From Phycisphaerae bacterium (GTDB lineage: Bacteria > Planctomycetota > Phycisphaerae > UBA1845 > JANYLN01), in contig JAWLBS010000002.1 in the NCBI GenBank assembly GCA_041687575.1, positions 1 to 55,737 of the forward strand: a stretch of 55,737 nt of DNA, read 5' to 3'. Shown piece by piece: positions 19,049-28,618 of this stretch. Both the position numbers and the translations under genes were made by a program. Positions within the stretch are counted from its first letter, which is position 1, and every line of letters begins with the position of its first letter. The notes beneath the pieces were generated by a model. It was not told where the DNA came from and made no database searches. It worked only from the letters and a program-made list of their open reading frames with translations.

Positions 19049-19615
19049 ATGCTGAGCATTGGATTCAGCAACCAAATCATGCTGCTGCCGTGGGGTGTCG
19101 TGATCGGCGCCTCACTGGCAGCGGCCGTTTGGGACTTGCGGTCCCGCCGGATCCCGAATCGCCTGACGGTGCCCGTATGGGTAGCCGGGCTGGCGTGGGG
19201 GCTTTGGACGGACGGACTGGCGGGCGCGGGCGACAGCCTGGCGGGTTGCCTGCTGATGGGCCTGCCGTTCGTGCTGCTGTTCGCCCTGGCCGGAGGCGGG
19301 GCGGGTGACGCCAAGCTGATGATGGCGCTGGGAACGTGGCTTGGCCTTCATGATGGAACACTGGCCATCGTAATGGTCTGCATGGCGGGAGCGGTGATGG
19401 GGCTGGCCTGGGCCGTCGTGCGTGGCCGCGCCCACATGGTAGCGGCGAATCTCGGGCGGATCGGCTGGTCGGTCTGGTTCTGGCGGATGGGGCATGGTGA
19501 CGCCCTTGAGGCGGGTCGGCCGGTGTCGCCGACGGATGCAACGGCGTTTCCGTACGGCACTGCCATTTTGGCCGGCGTGGTGCTGGCGACGGCGTGGAGG
19601 GTTGCGTGGCCATAG
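19049..19615 (+). CDS. cpaA: Prepilin peptidase CpaA/TadV (A24 family)
   Basis: RRIPNRLTVP and GGGAGDAKLMMALGTWLG aspartyl-protease motifs, with multiple TM segments. Confidence 0.85.
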   Translation: MLSIGFSNQIMLLPWGVVIGASLAAAVWDLRSRRIPNRLTVPVWVAGLAWGLWTDGLAGAGDSLAGCLLMGLPFVLLFALAGGGAGDAKLMMALGTWLGLHDGTLAIVMVCMAGAVMGLAWAVVRGRAHMVAANLGRIGWSVWFWRMGHGDALEAGRPVSPTDATAFPYGTAILAGVVLATAWRVAWP

Positions 19616-20013
19616 CCATCGGACACAGAAAAAGATATCGCCGCGGGCTGGCGCTGGTGGAGATGGCGCTGGTGCTGCCGCTGCTGCTGATGCTCACGCT
19701 GGGGGCGATCGAGTACGGGTGGATGATGCTCCGCGCGCAGGAGCTGACCAACATCGTGCGACATGCAGCGCGGCTGGCGTCGCTGCCGGATGCGACCAAC
19801 GCAAGCATCGAAGCGGAGGTTCAAAGCCGTGCGTCAGGCACGGGGCTCGGCACGCCGTCGATCACGATCTCGCAGAACGTGGCCTCGCTGCCGCCGGGAG
19901 AGCCTTTTACCGTCGAGGTGCGCGTTCCCTATACGTCGCTGACGCAGTTTGGATTGTTGCCGGTGCCGGAGCGGCTGCGGAGCGAGATGACCATGGCGAA
20001 AGAAGGGGCGTAG
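19594..20013 (+). CDS. tadE: TadE-like pseudopilin
   Basis: RGLALVEMALVLPLLLMLTLGAIEYGWMM is the TadE N-terminal signature. Starts at a GTG. Confidence 0.75.
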   Translation: MEGCVAIAIGHRKRYRRGLALVEMALVLPLLLMLTLGAIEYGWMMLRAQELTNIVRHAARLASLPDATNASIEAEVQSRASGTGLGTPSITISQNVASLPPGEPFTVEVRVPYTSLTQFGLLPVPERLRSEMTMAKEGA

Positions 20014-20221
20014 GGGCTGGCTGGCGGCGTGGTGCCGCTGGCGTGCGAGGGCAACGGCAGACAGGTGCAAGCGGGTACAGGTCGCACGGCCCTGCTGCGG
20101 AGCAGGACCGCGGGACCCGGACTCGGGAGCATCAGGGCCGGGGTCCAGGGAATCGAGGGCGTGGGTTGTGAATCGTGCGGGGGGCATCGCCGGTCGGCGA
20201 CTGCTTTGAGAGGAGACTGTC

Positions 20222-21205
20222 ATGAGGTTTTCCGTTGTCATCCTGCTGGTGCTCGGCGTCGCGGCGGCGGGCGCGGCGGCGATGCTGCTGGCGGCGTCAC
20301 GGGCGAAGGCGGCGCCGCAGACGAGCGCAGGCGCCGACGTGCAGATCGTCGTCGCCGCCAGGCCGCTGGATGCCTTCACTGTCGTCCGGTCGGACTGCGT
20401 GACGACGCGCACCCTGCCGGCGGCCGACGCGCCGCAGGGCTGCCTGAGCGATACGGCGCACGTGATCGGCAAGGCGCTGCGGGTGCCGATGGCGGAAGGG
20501 GAGCTGTTCACGCGGGACTGCTTCGCCACGGACAATTCGCCGCAGAGCGTCGCTTCGAAGCTGCTGCCGCCGGGCAAGCGGGCCAAGGCGGTAGCCCTGT
20601 CCGACGACGCCGCGATGCACGGATTGCTCTACCCGGGCTGCATGGTGGACGTGCTGTGGGTCTTCAACAGCCGGGTCGCCAGCAACAATCCAACCTCACG
20701 GACGCTCCTGGAGAACGTGCCGGTGCTGGCGGTCGGGCGGGAGACGGCCCTGTCTTCGGAGAATGCCCTGGAAGATGCGCTGTCCCCCAGCAGTCGCTCT
20801 CGCAACCGAAGCCTAGTCACGCTCCTGGTGGACAGCCAGCAGGCCGAAGCGCTGCAGCTGGCGATGGACCAGGGATCGATTTCGCTGGCGTTGCGCAACC
20901 CGACGGACGCACTGACCGTAGCGCCACCGCCGATGTCCCTGAGTCGCCTGACGGGCGAGTCCTTCTCGCTGGACGCGGCCGCGGAGGCGATGAAATCGCT
21001 GCTGGCGGCCGTCGGTCAGATGGGCAAGGGCTTCGGTGGCACACAGGGCGGAGTGGCTCCAGCGCCAGCGCCGGCTCCGCAGCTCAAGGAATGGGAGACC
21101 ACCATCATTCGCGGCGGCCAGAAGACCGAGACCGCGAAATTCGTCATTCCTGCCGCCGAGGCGCCGTTAAGCCCGGTGGCAAGATCAGTGAGTCCACCGT
21201 TGTAA
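20222..21205 (+). CDS. cpaB: Flp pilus assembly protein CpaB/RcpC
   Basis: N-terminal TM anchor followed by a SAF-like segment (VVAARPLDAFTVVRSDCV). Its position before the secretin fits CpaB. Confidence 0.8.
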   Translation: MRFSVVILLVLGVAAAGAAAMLLAASRAKAAPQTSAGADVQIVVAARPLDAFTVVRSDCVTTRTLPAADAPQGCLSDTAHVIGKALRVPMAEGELFTRDCFATDNSPQSVASKLLPPGKRAKAVALSDDAAMHGLLYPGCMVDVLWVFNSRVASNNPTSRTLLENVPVLAVGRETALSSENALEDALSPSSRSRNRSLVTLLVDSQQAEALQLAMDQGSISLALRNPTDALTVAPPPMSLSRLTGESFSLDAAAEAMKSLLAAVGQMGKGFGGTQGGVAPAPAPAPQLKEWETTIIRGGQKTETAKFVIPAAEAPLSPVARSVSPPL

Positions 21206-21277
21206 GCGTCGCCGCAAAGTTCCGGTAGCGTGCGGGGCTACAGTGGCCTCGCCTCGCCATCGACAACAGGAGTAACC

Positions 21278-22840
21278 ATGAATACCATGCGACGGACGGC
21301 GGGCTGGTTCATGTACCTGGGCGCAGCCGTGTTAAGCACCGCAGTACCCGGGGCCATGGGTCAGCAGGAACCAGTTTCGATACAACACGCGGCCACCGAA
21401 ACGATCGCCGTGACGCTGGGGCAGAGCCGGCGTGTCGAGGCCTCGTGGCCCGTCAAGCGGGTGGCGGTGACGAACCCCCAGATCGCGGACGTGCAGGTGC
21501 TCACGCCCCGGCAGGTGCTGATCCAGGCACGAGCGCCGGGCTCGACCGACGTGCTGCTCTGGAGCGAGCAGGAGCAGGTCCGACAGATCCGCGTGAACGT
21601 CGACATCGACGCCGAGCGGATCCGCCAGGACCTGCAAACCATGTTCCCCGACGGCCGCATCGACATCCGCCAGACGGGCGAGGTCGTGGCAGTGACCGGG
21701 CAGGTCGCACGGGCCTCGCAGGTCGAGCAACTGCACACGTTCCTCGACGCGCTGGGGGTCAAGTACGTGGATATGACCACGCTGGCGGGCGTCCAGCAGG
21801 TGATGCTGCAAGTCCGCATCGCCGAGGTCAGCCGCACGGCGATCCGCACGCTCGGCTTCAACGCCTTCGGCACGGGCGACGACTTTTTCGGCGGGATCTC
21901 GGTCGGGCCGTTCGGTGGCACGCCGATCAACCCGGTCTCGATAGGGCCGCCCGCGGGAGCCCTGGCCGGAAGAGACGTGCCCTTCACGTTCAACGCGGAC
22001 GTGAACATCAGCCCGGCTGTCACACTGTTCGGCGGGTTTCCCGACGCCGTATTTGAGTTCTTCCTGCAGGCGCTGGCGGAGAACCAGTACCTGCGGATTC
22101 TGGCCGAGCCGAATCTCGTCGCCCTCAGCGGCGAGGACGCCCACTTCCTGGTCGGCGGCGAGTTCCCCATCCCGGTGGTGCAGGGCGGTATCCTGGGCGC
22201 GGCGTCGGTGACGATCGAATACCGCGAGTTCGGCGTGCGGCTGCGGTTCCGGCCGGTGGTGACGGGAGACGGGTCGATCCGGCTGAAGGTTGCACCGGAG
22301 GTGAGCGAACTGTCCGATGCCGGGGCGGTCGAGATCCAGGGCTTCCGCGTGCCGAGCCTGGTGACTCGCCGGGCCGAAACGACGCTGGAGCTCAAGGACG
22401 GGCAGACCTTCGCAATGGCGGGTCTGCTTCAGCGGCGGAGCCTGGCGCGGGCGTCGCGGGTCCCCGGGGCCGGCGATATCCCGATCCTGGGCGTGCTGTT
22501 CCGCTCGGTCCGCTATACCGAAGGCGAGACTGAATTGGTGGTCCTGGTACGGGCGTCGCTGGTCGAACCCATGAACCTGGCGAGCATGCCGCCGGCGCCC
22601 GGCATGTCGCACGTCGTGCCGAACGACTGGGAGCTGTACGGCCTGGGGCAGCTCGAGGGGGAGGCTTCGCGAACCGCGGCCGCCCAGCAGGTCGAGTGGG
22701 TCCGCGACTTGGGGCTCGACCGGCTCAAAGGGCCGGGGGCCTGGCAGGGCTACCAGGTGTTGCCTGAGATCGACACCTCGGGCGTATCGCCGCTGATGAG
22801 GACTCCGGCTGCGCCCTCAATCGACGACACGTTGGAGTAA
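21278..22840 (+). CDS. cpaC: Tad secretin CpaC/RcpA
   Basis: Signal peptide, BON-like N region, and secretin core (GGEFPIPV … TLELKDGQTFAMAGLL … GDIPILGVLFRS … ELVVLVRASLVEP). Start set at the ATG at 21278 after AGGAG. Confidence 0.85.
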   Translation: MNTMRRTAGWFMYLGAAVLSTAVPGAMGQQEPVSIQHAATETIAVTLGQSRRVEASWPVKRVAVTNPQIADVQVLTPRQVLIQARAPGSTDVLLWSEQEQVRQIRVNVDIDAERIRQDLQTMFPDGRIDIRQTGEVVAVTGQVARASQVEQLHTFLDALGVKYVDMTTLAGVQQVMLQVRIAEVSRTAIRTLGFNAFGTGDDFFGGISVGPFGGTPINPVSIGPPAGALAGRDVPFTFNADVNISPAVTLFGGFPDAVFEFFLQALAENQYLRILAEPNLVALSGEDAHFLVGGEFPIPVVQGGILGAASVTIEYREFGVRLRFRPVVTGDGSIRLKVAPEVSELSDAGAVEIQGFRVPSLVTRRAETTLELKDGQTFAMAGLLQRRSLARASRVPGAGDIPILGVLFRSVRYTEGETELVVLVRASLVEPMNLASMPPAPGMSHVVPNDWELYGLGQLEGEASRTAAAQQVEWVRDLGLDRLKGPGAWQGYQVLPEIDTSGVSPLMRTPAAPSIDDTLE

Positions 22841-22849
22841 GGGGGGGGG
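22841..22849. repeat. G9 homopolymer between the cpaC stop and the cpaE start
   Basis: Read directly: gagTAAGGGGGGGGGtgctATG. The run occupies the RBS position of cpaE. Confidence 0.9.
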
Positions 22850-22853
22850 TGCT

Positions 22854-24011
22854 ATGGTGGCTGGAAATGGCGACGTGCTGGTCATGACAGCCGAGCCGGA
22901 CGTAAAGGCCGTCGTCAAAGCCGCCCTTGGCGGCGATGAGCGGTGGGGACAACCGCAGGCCTGCCGCAGCCTGATCGGACTGACCGATCATCTGGAACGG
23001 TACGGAGCTGCCGTGGCGATCGTGGACGTCGATCCGGACCCGCCGCGCCTGCTGGGCGATCTGGATCCGATCGTCGTGCGGTTTTCCGAGACGCGGTTCG
23101 TGCTGATCGCGGACCGGCCAACAAGCGAAGTGGTCGTCGATGCGATGAGGATCGGCGCCCGGCACGTGCTTGACAAGGCGCTGCTGCCCACACAGCTGGT
23201 ACCCGTGCTGAACCGTCTGGTGCCGGCCAGCCGAGCCGATGCCGCGGGTACCGGTGCAGTGGTGACGGTGCTGTCGGCCAGCGGCGGCTGCGGGGCGACG
23301 ACCATCGCGATCAATGCGGCCGGCGAACTGTGCGAGCAGCAGGGCGATTCCTCCCTGCTGGTCGACCTCGACGTCGCCAGCGGCGGGGTCGCCCTGGCGC
23401 TGGGGCTGCGGGGACGGTGCGGCATTGCCGACGTGCTCGCGCACGCGAGCGGGCCGGACCCGGATCTGGTTCGTTCCAGTGCCGTCAGTGCCGGCGCGTT
23501 GAGCGTGCTGCTGAGCCCGGCGAGCGTCAATTTCGCCTGGCCGCGGCCGCTGGTCTGGGAGAACCTTTCGGCGGCGATGACCGCGTGCCGTCGGGCCTTC
23601 GCATGCACGGTGGTCGATGCGCCGCGGGTGCCCTTGCCGGTGGCGGCGACGCTGGCGGCGGCCAGCCGGGTCACGCTGATCGTGATGCAGCTGAGCGTGA
23701 AGGACCTGCAGATCGCCCGCGGGCTGCGGCAGGGGCTTTACGAGCACGGTGTGGCTCCCGAGCGGGTAATCACACTGGTCAACCGCTATCGTCGCCGCTA
23801 CAGCGAGATTGGCCTGGACCAGGCCCAGCGGGCACTGCAGGGCAACCATATCGAACTGGTCGGCAACGACTACAGAGCCGTAAGCCGCAGCATCAACTTC
23901 GGCCGGCCCCTGGCCGAGGTTGCGCCGCGCAGCAGCGTCCGCAAAGACCTGCGCAAGCTGCTGGGGCGGCTGGCGCCACAGCTGGCGCAAGGAGGTGTGA
24001 ATCATGGCTGA
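22854..24011 (+). CDS. cpaE: CpaE/TadZ-like pilus localisation protein (receiver-like N-domain + ParA/MinD-like domain with a degenerate Walker A)
   Basis: VVTVLSASGGCGATTIAINAA is an atypical P-loop without the Lys. Its position between the secretin and the ATPase fits CpaE/TadZ. Confidence 0.75.
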   Translation: MVAGNGDVLVMTAEPDVKAVVKAALGGDERWGQPQACRSLIGLTDHLERYGAAVAIVDVDPDPPRLLGDLDPIVVRFSETRFVLIADRPTSEVVVDAMRIGARHVLDKALLPTQLVPVLNRLVPASRADAAGTGAVVTVLSASGGCGATTIAINAAGELCEQQGDSSLLVDLDVASGGVALALGLRGRCGIADVLAHASGPDPDLVRSSAVSAGALSVLLSPASVNFAWPRPLVWENLSAAMTACRRAFACTVVDAPRVPLPVAATLAAASRVTLIVMQLSVKDLQIARGLRQGLYEHGVAPERVITLVNRYRRRYSEIGLDQAQRALQGNHIELVGNDYRAVSRSINFGRPLAEVAPRSSVRKDLRKLLGRLAPQLAQGGVNHG

Positions 24012-25356
24012 CGACAAAGGCGGGAGCGTACAGATACAGGTGCCCGGCGGCGGCAGCCGCAATCCGCAGGACCTCAAGGCCCATGTCCATCGCCGGCTCC
24101 TGGAGACGCTGGATCTGAGCGAGGCCCAGCGGATCCCGTTCGACCAGCTCCGTCGCGAGTGCAGTCTCCGGGTGGACATGCTCCTGAACGAGCAGCAGTG
24201 GCCGCTGTCGGCCCAGGAGCGGCGCGAGGTCGTGCAGGACGTGCTCGACGAGGTCTTCGGGCTCGGGCCGGTCGAGGAGTTTCTCCGCGACCCGCACATC
24301 AGCGACATCCTGGTCAACGGCCCGCGCCATGTCTACATCGAGCGGCAGGGCTGCCTGGAGGAGACCGACGCCACCTTTCGCGATTACGGCCACCTCATGC
24401 AGGTGATCCAGCGGATCGGCAGCCGGGTCGGCCGGCGCATCGACGAGAGCATGCCGATGCTCGACGCGCGCCTGGCCGACGGCAGCCGCGTCAACGCGAT
24501 CATTCCGCCGCTGGCGCTGGACGGCCCGGCGATGAGCATCCGCCGTTTCGGGACGATCGCCATGACGAGCGAGCAGCTGACCGAACTCGAATCGATCATG
24601 CCGGAGATGGCGACGTTCCTGGAGGCGTGCGTCCGCTGCCGGATGAACCTGCTGATCTCCGGCGGGACCGGTTCGGGCAAGACGACGCTGCTGAACGTCT
24701 TGTCGCACTGGATCCCCGCCCACGAACGCGTATTGACGATCGAGGACGCCGCCGAGCTGCAGCTGCAGCGAAAGCACGTGGTCCGGCTGGAGACCCGTCC
24801 GCCCAATATCGAGGGCCGCGGCGAAGTCACCCAGCGCGACCTGCTGCGCAACAGCCTGCGAATGCGCCCGGACCGCATCATCATCGGCGAGGTCCGCGGC
24901 GCCGAGGCCCTGGACATGCTCCAGGCGATGAATACCGGCCACGAGGGCTCGATGACGACCGTCCACGCCAACAACGCCCGTGACGCGCTTCGTCGCACCG
25001 AGAACATGGTCTCGATGGCCGGGCTGAACTACCCTGTTCACGCGATCCGGCAGCAGATGGCCAGCGCGCTGAACATCCTGGTGCACCTGTCGCGGATGAC
25101 CGGCGGGCGCCGCCGCATCGTCGACGTCGCGGAAATCACCGGCATGGAGGGCGACGTCGTCTGCCTGCACGACCTGTTCAAGTTCGTTCAGACGGGCGTG
25201 GGCGAGGATGGTCACGCCAAAGGCCATTTCGAAGTATGCGGCGTGCGGCCGCGTGTGCTGGAGCGGCTCGAGGCCGAGGGCATCGAGTTGCCGACCGACT
25301 TCTTCCAGCGCCGGCAGGTGCCGCTGAAGTCCACGAGGAGGACCGGCCATGCCTGA
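24004..25356 (+). CDS. cpaF: Tad secretion ATPase CpaF/TadA
   Basis: Walker A LISGGTGSGKTTLLN, Walker B/Asp box RIIIGEVRG, and His box MNTGHEGSMTTVHAN. Confidence 0.9.
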   Translation: MADDKGGSVQIQVPGGGSRNPQDLKAHVHRRLLETLDLSEAQRIPFDQLRRECSLRVDMLLNEQQWPLSAQERREVVQDVLDEVFGLGPVEEFLRDPHISDILVNGPRHVYIERQGCLEETDATFRDYGHLMQVIQRIGSRVGRRIDESMPMLDARLADGSRVNAIIPPLALDGPAMSIRRFGTIAMTSEQLTELESIMPEMATFLEACVRCRMNLLISGGTGSGKTTLLNVLSHWIPAHERVLTIEDAAELQLQRKHVVRLETRPPNIEGRGEVTQRDLLRNSLRMRPDRIIIGEVRGAEALDMLQAMNTGHEGSMTTVHANNARDALRRTENMVSMAGLNYPVHAIRQQMASALNILVHLSRMTGGRRRIVDVAEITGMEGDVVCLHDLFKFVQTGVGEDGHAKGHFEVCGVRPRVLERLEAEGIELPTDFFQRRQVPLKSTRRTGHA

Positions 25357-26344
25357 GCAGTTGCGGTCGCTGCAGGCTCTGCACGATCTGGATCTGATCG
25401 CCGCTATCGCCGTGTTCGTGCTCGTGCTGGCGATCTGGATCATGGCGGTCACGCTGTGGCACATGGGCGTGGCGTCGCGCGAGCGAAGGATCGACGCCCG
25501 CCTGATGATGCTCGAACCGGAGGAGGAGCAGCGCGTGCTGCGGCTCTGGCGGGACGGGCGCGACGAGGTCACGCACGTGCCGGGCGGCTCGCGGCTATCG
25601 CCGCTGCAGGTCGTCGACCGGTGGCGGCGGGAGGCGGGCTGGGAGATGCCGCTGAGCAGCCTGGTGCTGGCCGAGGTCGGCGCGACGGTGCTGCTGTTCG
25701 TGTTCGCCCTGACATGGACCGGTTTCCTGCTGGCGGCGGTGGCTTCGGCCGCCGCAGTGCCGCTGGTGACCTGGATCTGCATGAAGCGAGCTGCAGCCGG
25801 GCGGACGATGATCTTCGAGACGCAGTTTCTCGATGCGCTGCAGCTCGCGGCGCGGTCGCTGCGAGCGGGTCATCCGCTGCTCGGATCGCTCCAGCTGGTT
25901 TCCGAAGAGATGCCCGCGCCGGTCGGCGCGCTGTTCGGACGAATCTGCCAGCAGCAGGCGCTGGGCCTGGACCTGCCGGGCGCCCTGCGCGATGCGGCCG
26001 ATGACTCCGGCAGCGACGAGATGAAGCTCTTCGCCACGTCGGTCTCCATTCAGATCCGCACCGGCGGCAACCTTGCGGACCTGATGGACCGGCTGGCGGA
26101 GGTGATCACCGAACGGATGCGGCTGGCGCGGCGCGTCCGCGTGCTGACCGCGCAAACGCAGCTGAGCAAGCGGGTGCTGCTGGTCCTGCCCGTTTTGACG
26201 TTTGCGGGGCTGAGCCTGCTGAACCCCGATTACATGGAACCGCTCTACCGGACGAGCCTCGGGCACAAGATGCTGCTGGCCGGCGGGGCGGCGATGCTGC
26301 TGGGGACGGTGGTGATGAACCGAATGGCGATCATCCGGTACTGA
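25349..26344 (+). CDS. tadB: TadB (T2SS-F-like inner-membrane platform protein)
   Basis: T2SSF-type domain (LDALQLAARSLRAGHPL … ) with TM segments. Overlaps the cpaF end. Confidence 0.8.
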   Translation: MPEQLRSLQALHDLDLIAAIAVFVLVLAIWIMAVTLWHMGVASRERRIDARLMMLEPEEEQRVLRLWRDGRDEVTHVPGGSRLSPLQVVDRWRREAGWEMPLSSLVLAEVGATVLLFVFALTWTGFLLAAVASAAAVPLVTWICMKRAAAGRTMIFETQFLDALQLAARSLRAGHPLLGSLQLVSEEMPAPVGALFGRICQQQALGLDLPGALRDAADDSGSDEMKLFATSVSIQIRTGGNLADLMDRLAEVITERMRLARRVRVLTAQTQLSKRVLLVLPVLTFAGLSLLNPDYMEPLYRTSLGHKMLLAGGAAMLLGTVVMNRMAIIRY

Positions 26345-26368
26345 TCGCCGGGTGTACGAGGTGCAATC

Positions 26369-27268
26369 ATGACGGAGATTCTGGTCCCGGTGCTGGTTTT
26401 CGTCGGCACGGTCGCAGTCGGGGGAGCGGTGGTCGCGGCCCGGGCGGCCCGGACCGAACCGCTTCACGCCCGGCTTCGCGGTCTGGAGATGGAGCCGACG
26501 GCCGCGCCGCCGAGGCGGTCGCGGCTGGCCGAGGCATTGGGGTGGATCGGCCGCTTCGTTGCCTCTGGCGGGACGAGCCGCCCGCTCGGCGAGGAGTTGA
26601 ACCGGGCGGGTTTCCACGGCGAGGCGGCACCGGTGGTGTACCTGGGAGCCAAGGTGCTTCTTGCGGCGGTGGGTCTGCTGGGCTTTGTCGCGATCGCAAT
26701 GCCCATGGAGATCGCCCCCGCGTTGAAGACGTCCGGGGCGATGCTCGCGGCAGGTGCGCTGTTCTTCGTGCCCAACGTGTTCGTGCGGGTCCGCCGCCAT
26801 CAGCGTAGCGCGGAGGTCCGGCGGGCGCTGCCGGACGCGGTGGATCTGCTGGAGGTATGTGTCAGCGCCGGCATGGGGCTCGACATGGCCTGGAACGTGG
26901 TGTCCGACGAGATCCGGCGCGTCAGCCCGGTGCTGGGCGATGAGATGGCCCTGACGAACCTGGAGATCCACCTGGGCGCGCCGCGCGTCGAGGCGATGCG
27001 CCACCTGGCCGAGCGCACAGGCGTCAGTGAGATCGGTTCGCTCGTGGCGGTGCTCGTGCAATCCGAGCGGTTCGGCACGAACGTCGCCGATGCACTGGGG
27101 GCGTTCACCGGCTCGATGCGCGAAACCCGCGGGTCGATTGCGGCGGAAGCGGCTGAGAAGATGGCCGTCCGCCTGATCTTCCCAATGGTTCTGTTCGTGT
27201 TCCCGGCGATCTTTGTTGTCACGGTCGGTCCGGCGGCAATCACACTGATCGATGTCTTCAGGAGATGA
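26369..27268 (+). CDS. tadC: TadC (T2SS-F-like inner-membrane platform protein)
   Basis: LPDAVDLLEVCVSAGMGLDMAW … T2SSF pattern. A paralog of the upstream gene. Confidence 0.8.
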   Translation: MTEILVPVLVFVGTVAVGGAVVAARAARTEPLHARLRGLEMEPTAAPPRRSRLAEALGWIGRFVASGGTSRPLGEELNRAGFHGEAAPVVYLGAKVLLAAVGLLGFVAIAMPMEIAPALKTSGAMLAAGALFFVPNVFVRVRRHQRSAEVRRALPDAVDLLEVCVSAGMGLDMAWNVVSDEIRRVSPVLGDEMALTNLEIHLGAPRVEAMRHLAERTGVSEIGSLVAVLVQSERFGTNVADALGAFTGSMRETRGSIAAEAAEKMAVRLIFPMVLFVFPAIFVVTVGPAAITLIDVFRR

Positions 27269-27271
27269 CCC

Positions 27272-27802
27272 ATGCAGACGGCAGGACGAGGCAGCAGACT
27301 CGTGGCGGTTGCGGTCGTGACGCTGGCCGCGGCGGCGGGCTGCGACAACGGCAAGGAGCGCGTGGCCCGGCCGCAGTACGATCCGCAGACGGTGGACCCG
27401 TGGCTGGTGGAGGTGTCGTCGGACCTGGCCGTCCAAAACGCGGTGATCCGTCAGCACACACTCTATCCCTATCATTTCGTGGAATATGGGGCCGTGCTGA
27501 ACGAACTGGGCGAACGGAATCTCGCGATCCTCATCGAGCACTACCGCCGGCATCCGGGCCCGGTCAATGTGCGCCGGGGAGACGCCTCCGACTCGCTCTA
27601 CGCCGACCGGGTCGCCACGGTCCGTCAGGCGCTGCAGGACGCGGGCGTGGACGTGGAACAGGTGGCAGTTGCCGACCGGTTGCCCGGCGGCGACGGCCTG
27701 CCCGGCGAGCAGGTGATCCGGGTGTCCCGGGCACCTCAGGGGGCCGGCGCGGTGCCCCCGCTGGCCCCGCTGGGCTTGAGCATCGAGGGCCTGCAGCAAT
27801 GA
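27272..27802 (+). CDS. Tad-locus lipoprotein of unknown family (CpaD-position)
   Basis: Lipobox VTLAAAAGC. Sits 3 nt after tadC, and its stop overlaps the next start (ATGA). No family recognised. Confidence 0.55.
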   Translation: MQTAGRGSRLVAVAVVTLAAAAGCDNGKERVARPQYDPQTVDPWLVEVSSDLAVQNAVIRQHTLYPYHFVEYGAVLNELGERNLAILIEHYRRHPGPVNVRRGDASDSLYADRVATVRQALQDAGVDVEQVAVADRLPGGDGLPGEQVIRVSRAPQGAGAVPPLAPLGLSIEGLQQ

Positions 27803-28584
27803 GGCCTCGGACGCTGACATTGTGGCTGCCGGCGCTGGCGGCTGTGGGGCTCGTGCTGACTGTCGGATGCGGTCGGCAAGCCGCCCACCCCGCAGGGCAG
27901 AAGATCCAAACCGCATCCCTGGACGATTCGGACTGGCAGATGGGCCTGGATCGCCAGCCGACGGCCACGACCTGCTACGCGATGGCGCGGGTGATGGCGG
28001 CGCAAGGCAGGGACGCCCCCGCGGCGACGCTCTTGCAGCGGGTGCTGCAGATGGAGCCGGCCTACATGCCCGCCAGGGTCGCACTGGCGCAGGTGTACCT
28101 GCGGCAGCGTCAGCCCGAGCATGCAATGACGACGTTGACCGAGGGGCTGGCGCTGGCGCCTGACGACACGGTCCTGATCAACGACGTGGGAATGGTGCAT
28201 CTGTGGTGCGGGCGGCTGGCTGAGGCGCTCGAATCGTTCAGCCGGGCGGCCTCCCTGGCCCCGACGCAGGCCCGCTACCGCGCCAACCAGGCGATGGTTT
28301 TGGGAATGCTGGGGCGGTACGAAGAGTCGTTCGACGCATACTGCCGCGTGCTGTCTCCAGCTGACGCGCATCACAATCTGGCTGTCCTCTGTGAGGCCCG
28401 AAACGATCCCGAGCGGGCGAAACTCGAACGGCGGATGGCCTTGGCCGTGCAAAAGAGCGGGCAGCCCGGGCAGCGGGGGCGGTTCCTGGCCTCGTCGAGC
28501 CAACCGGCCGAAACTGCGTGCGATACGCGCCCAGCCGAACCGGCGAGCGCCACGCAGCCGGGGGCGGAGACATCTTCGCAGTGA
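27799..28584 (+). CDS. tadD: TPR-repeat lipoprotein, TadD-like
   Basis: Lipobox LVLTVGC, then 4-5 TPR-like repeats (ATLLQRVLQMEPAYMPARVALAQVYL…, EALESFSRAASLAPTQARY…). The true start lies inside the listed ORF 27265..28584. Confidence 0.7.
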   Translation: MRPRTLTLWLPALAAVGLVLTVGCGRQAAHPAGQKIQTASLDDSDWQMGLDRQPTATTCYAMARVMAAQGRDAPAATLLQRVLQMEPAYMPARVALAQVYLRQRQPEHAMTTLTEGLALAPDDTVLINDVGMVHLWCGRLAEALESFSRAASLAPTQARYRANQAMVLGMLGRYEESFDAYCRVLSPADAHHNLAVLCEARNDPERAKLERRMALAVQKSGQPGQRGRFLASSSQPAETACDTRPAEPASATQPGAETSSQ

Positions 28585-28618
28585 GGGCGGCCGAGCCGTG
28601 TTGTTCAGTCGGTCCGGC

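Noticed and set aside
25595-28126. 843-aa minus-strand ORF
   Set aside because: It is antisense to tadB, tadC and the two lipoprotein genes. Its low-complexity Arg/Pro/Gly/His composition points to a shadow ORF.
27265-28584. 439-aa ORF as a single gene
   Set aside because: Its first ~178 codons overlap the lipoprotein gene 27272..27802 in another frame and are Gly/Arg/Pro-rich. A lipoprotein signal (LVLTVGC) follows the internal ATG at 27799, which overlaps the upstream stop.
17055-28584. The Tad island as a prophage or ICE
   Set aside because: No integrase, relaxase, T4SS or phage structural genes are present within or next to it in this window.
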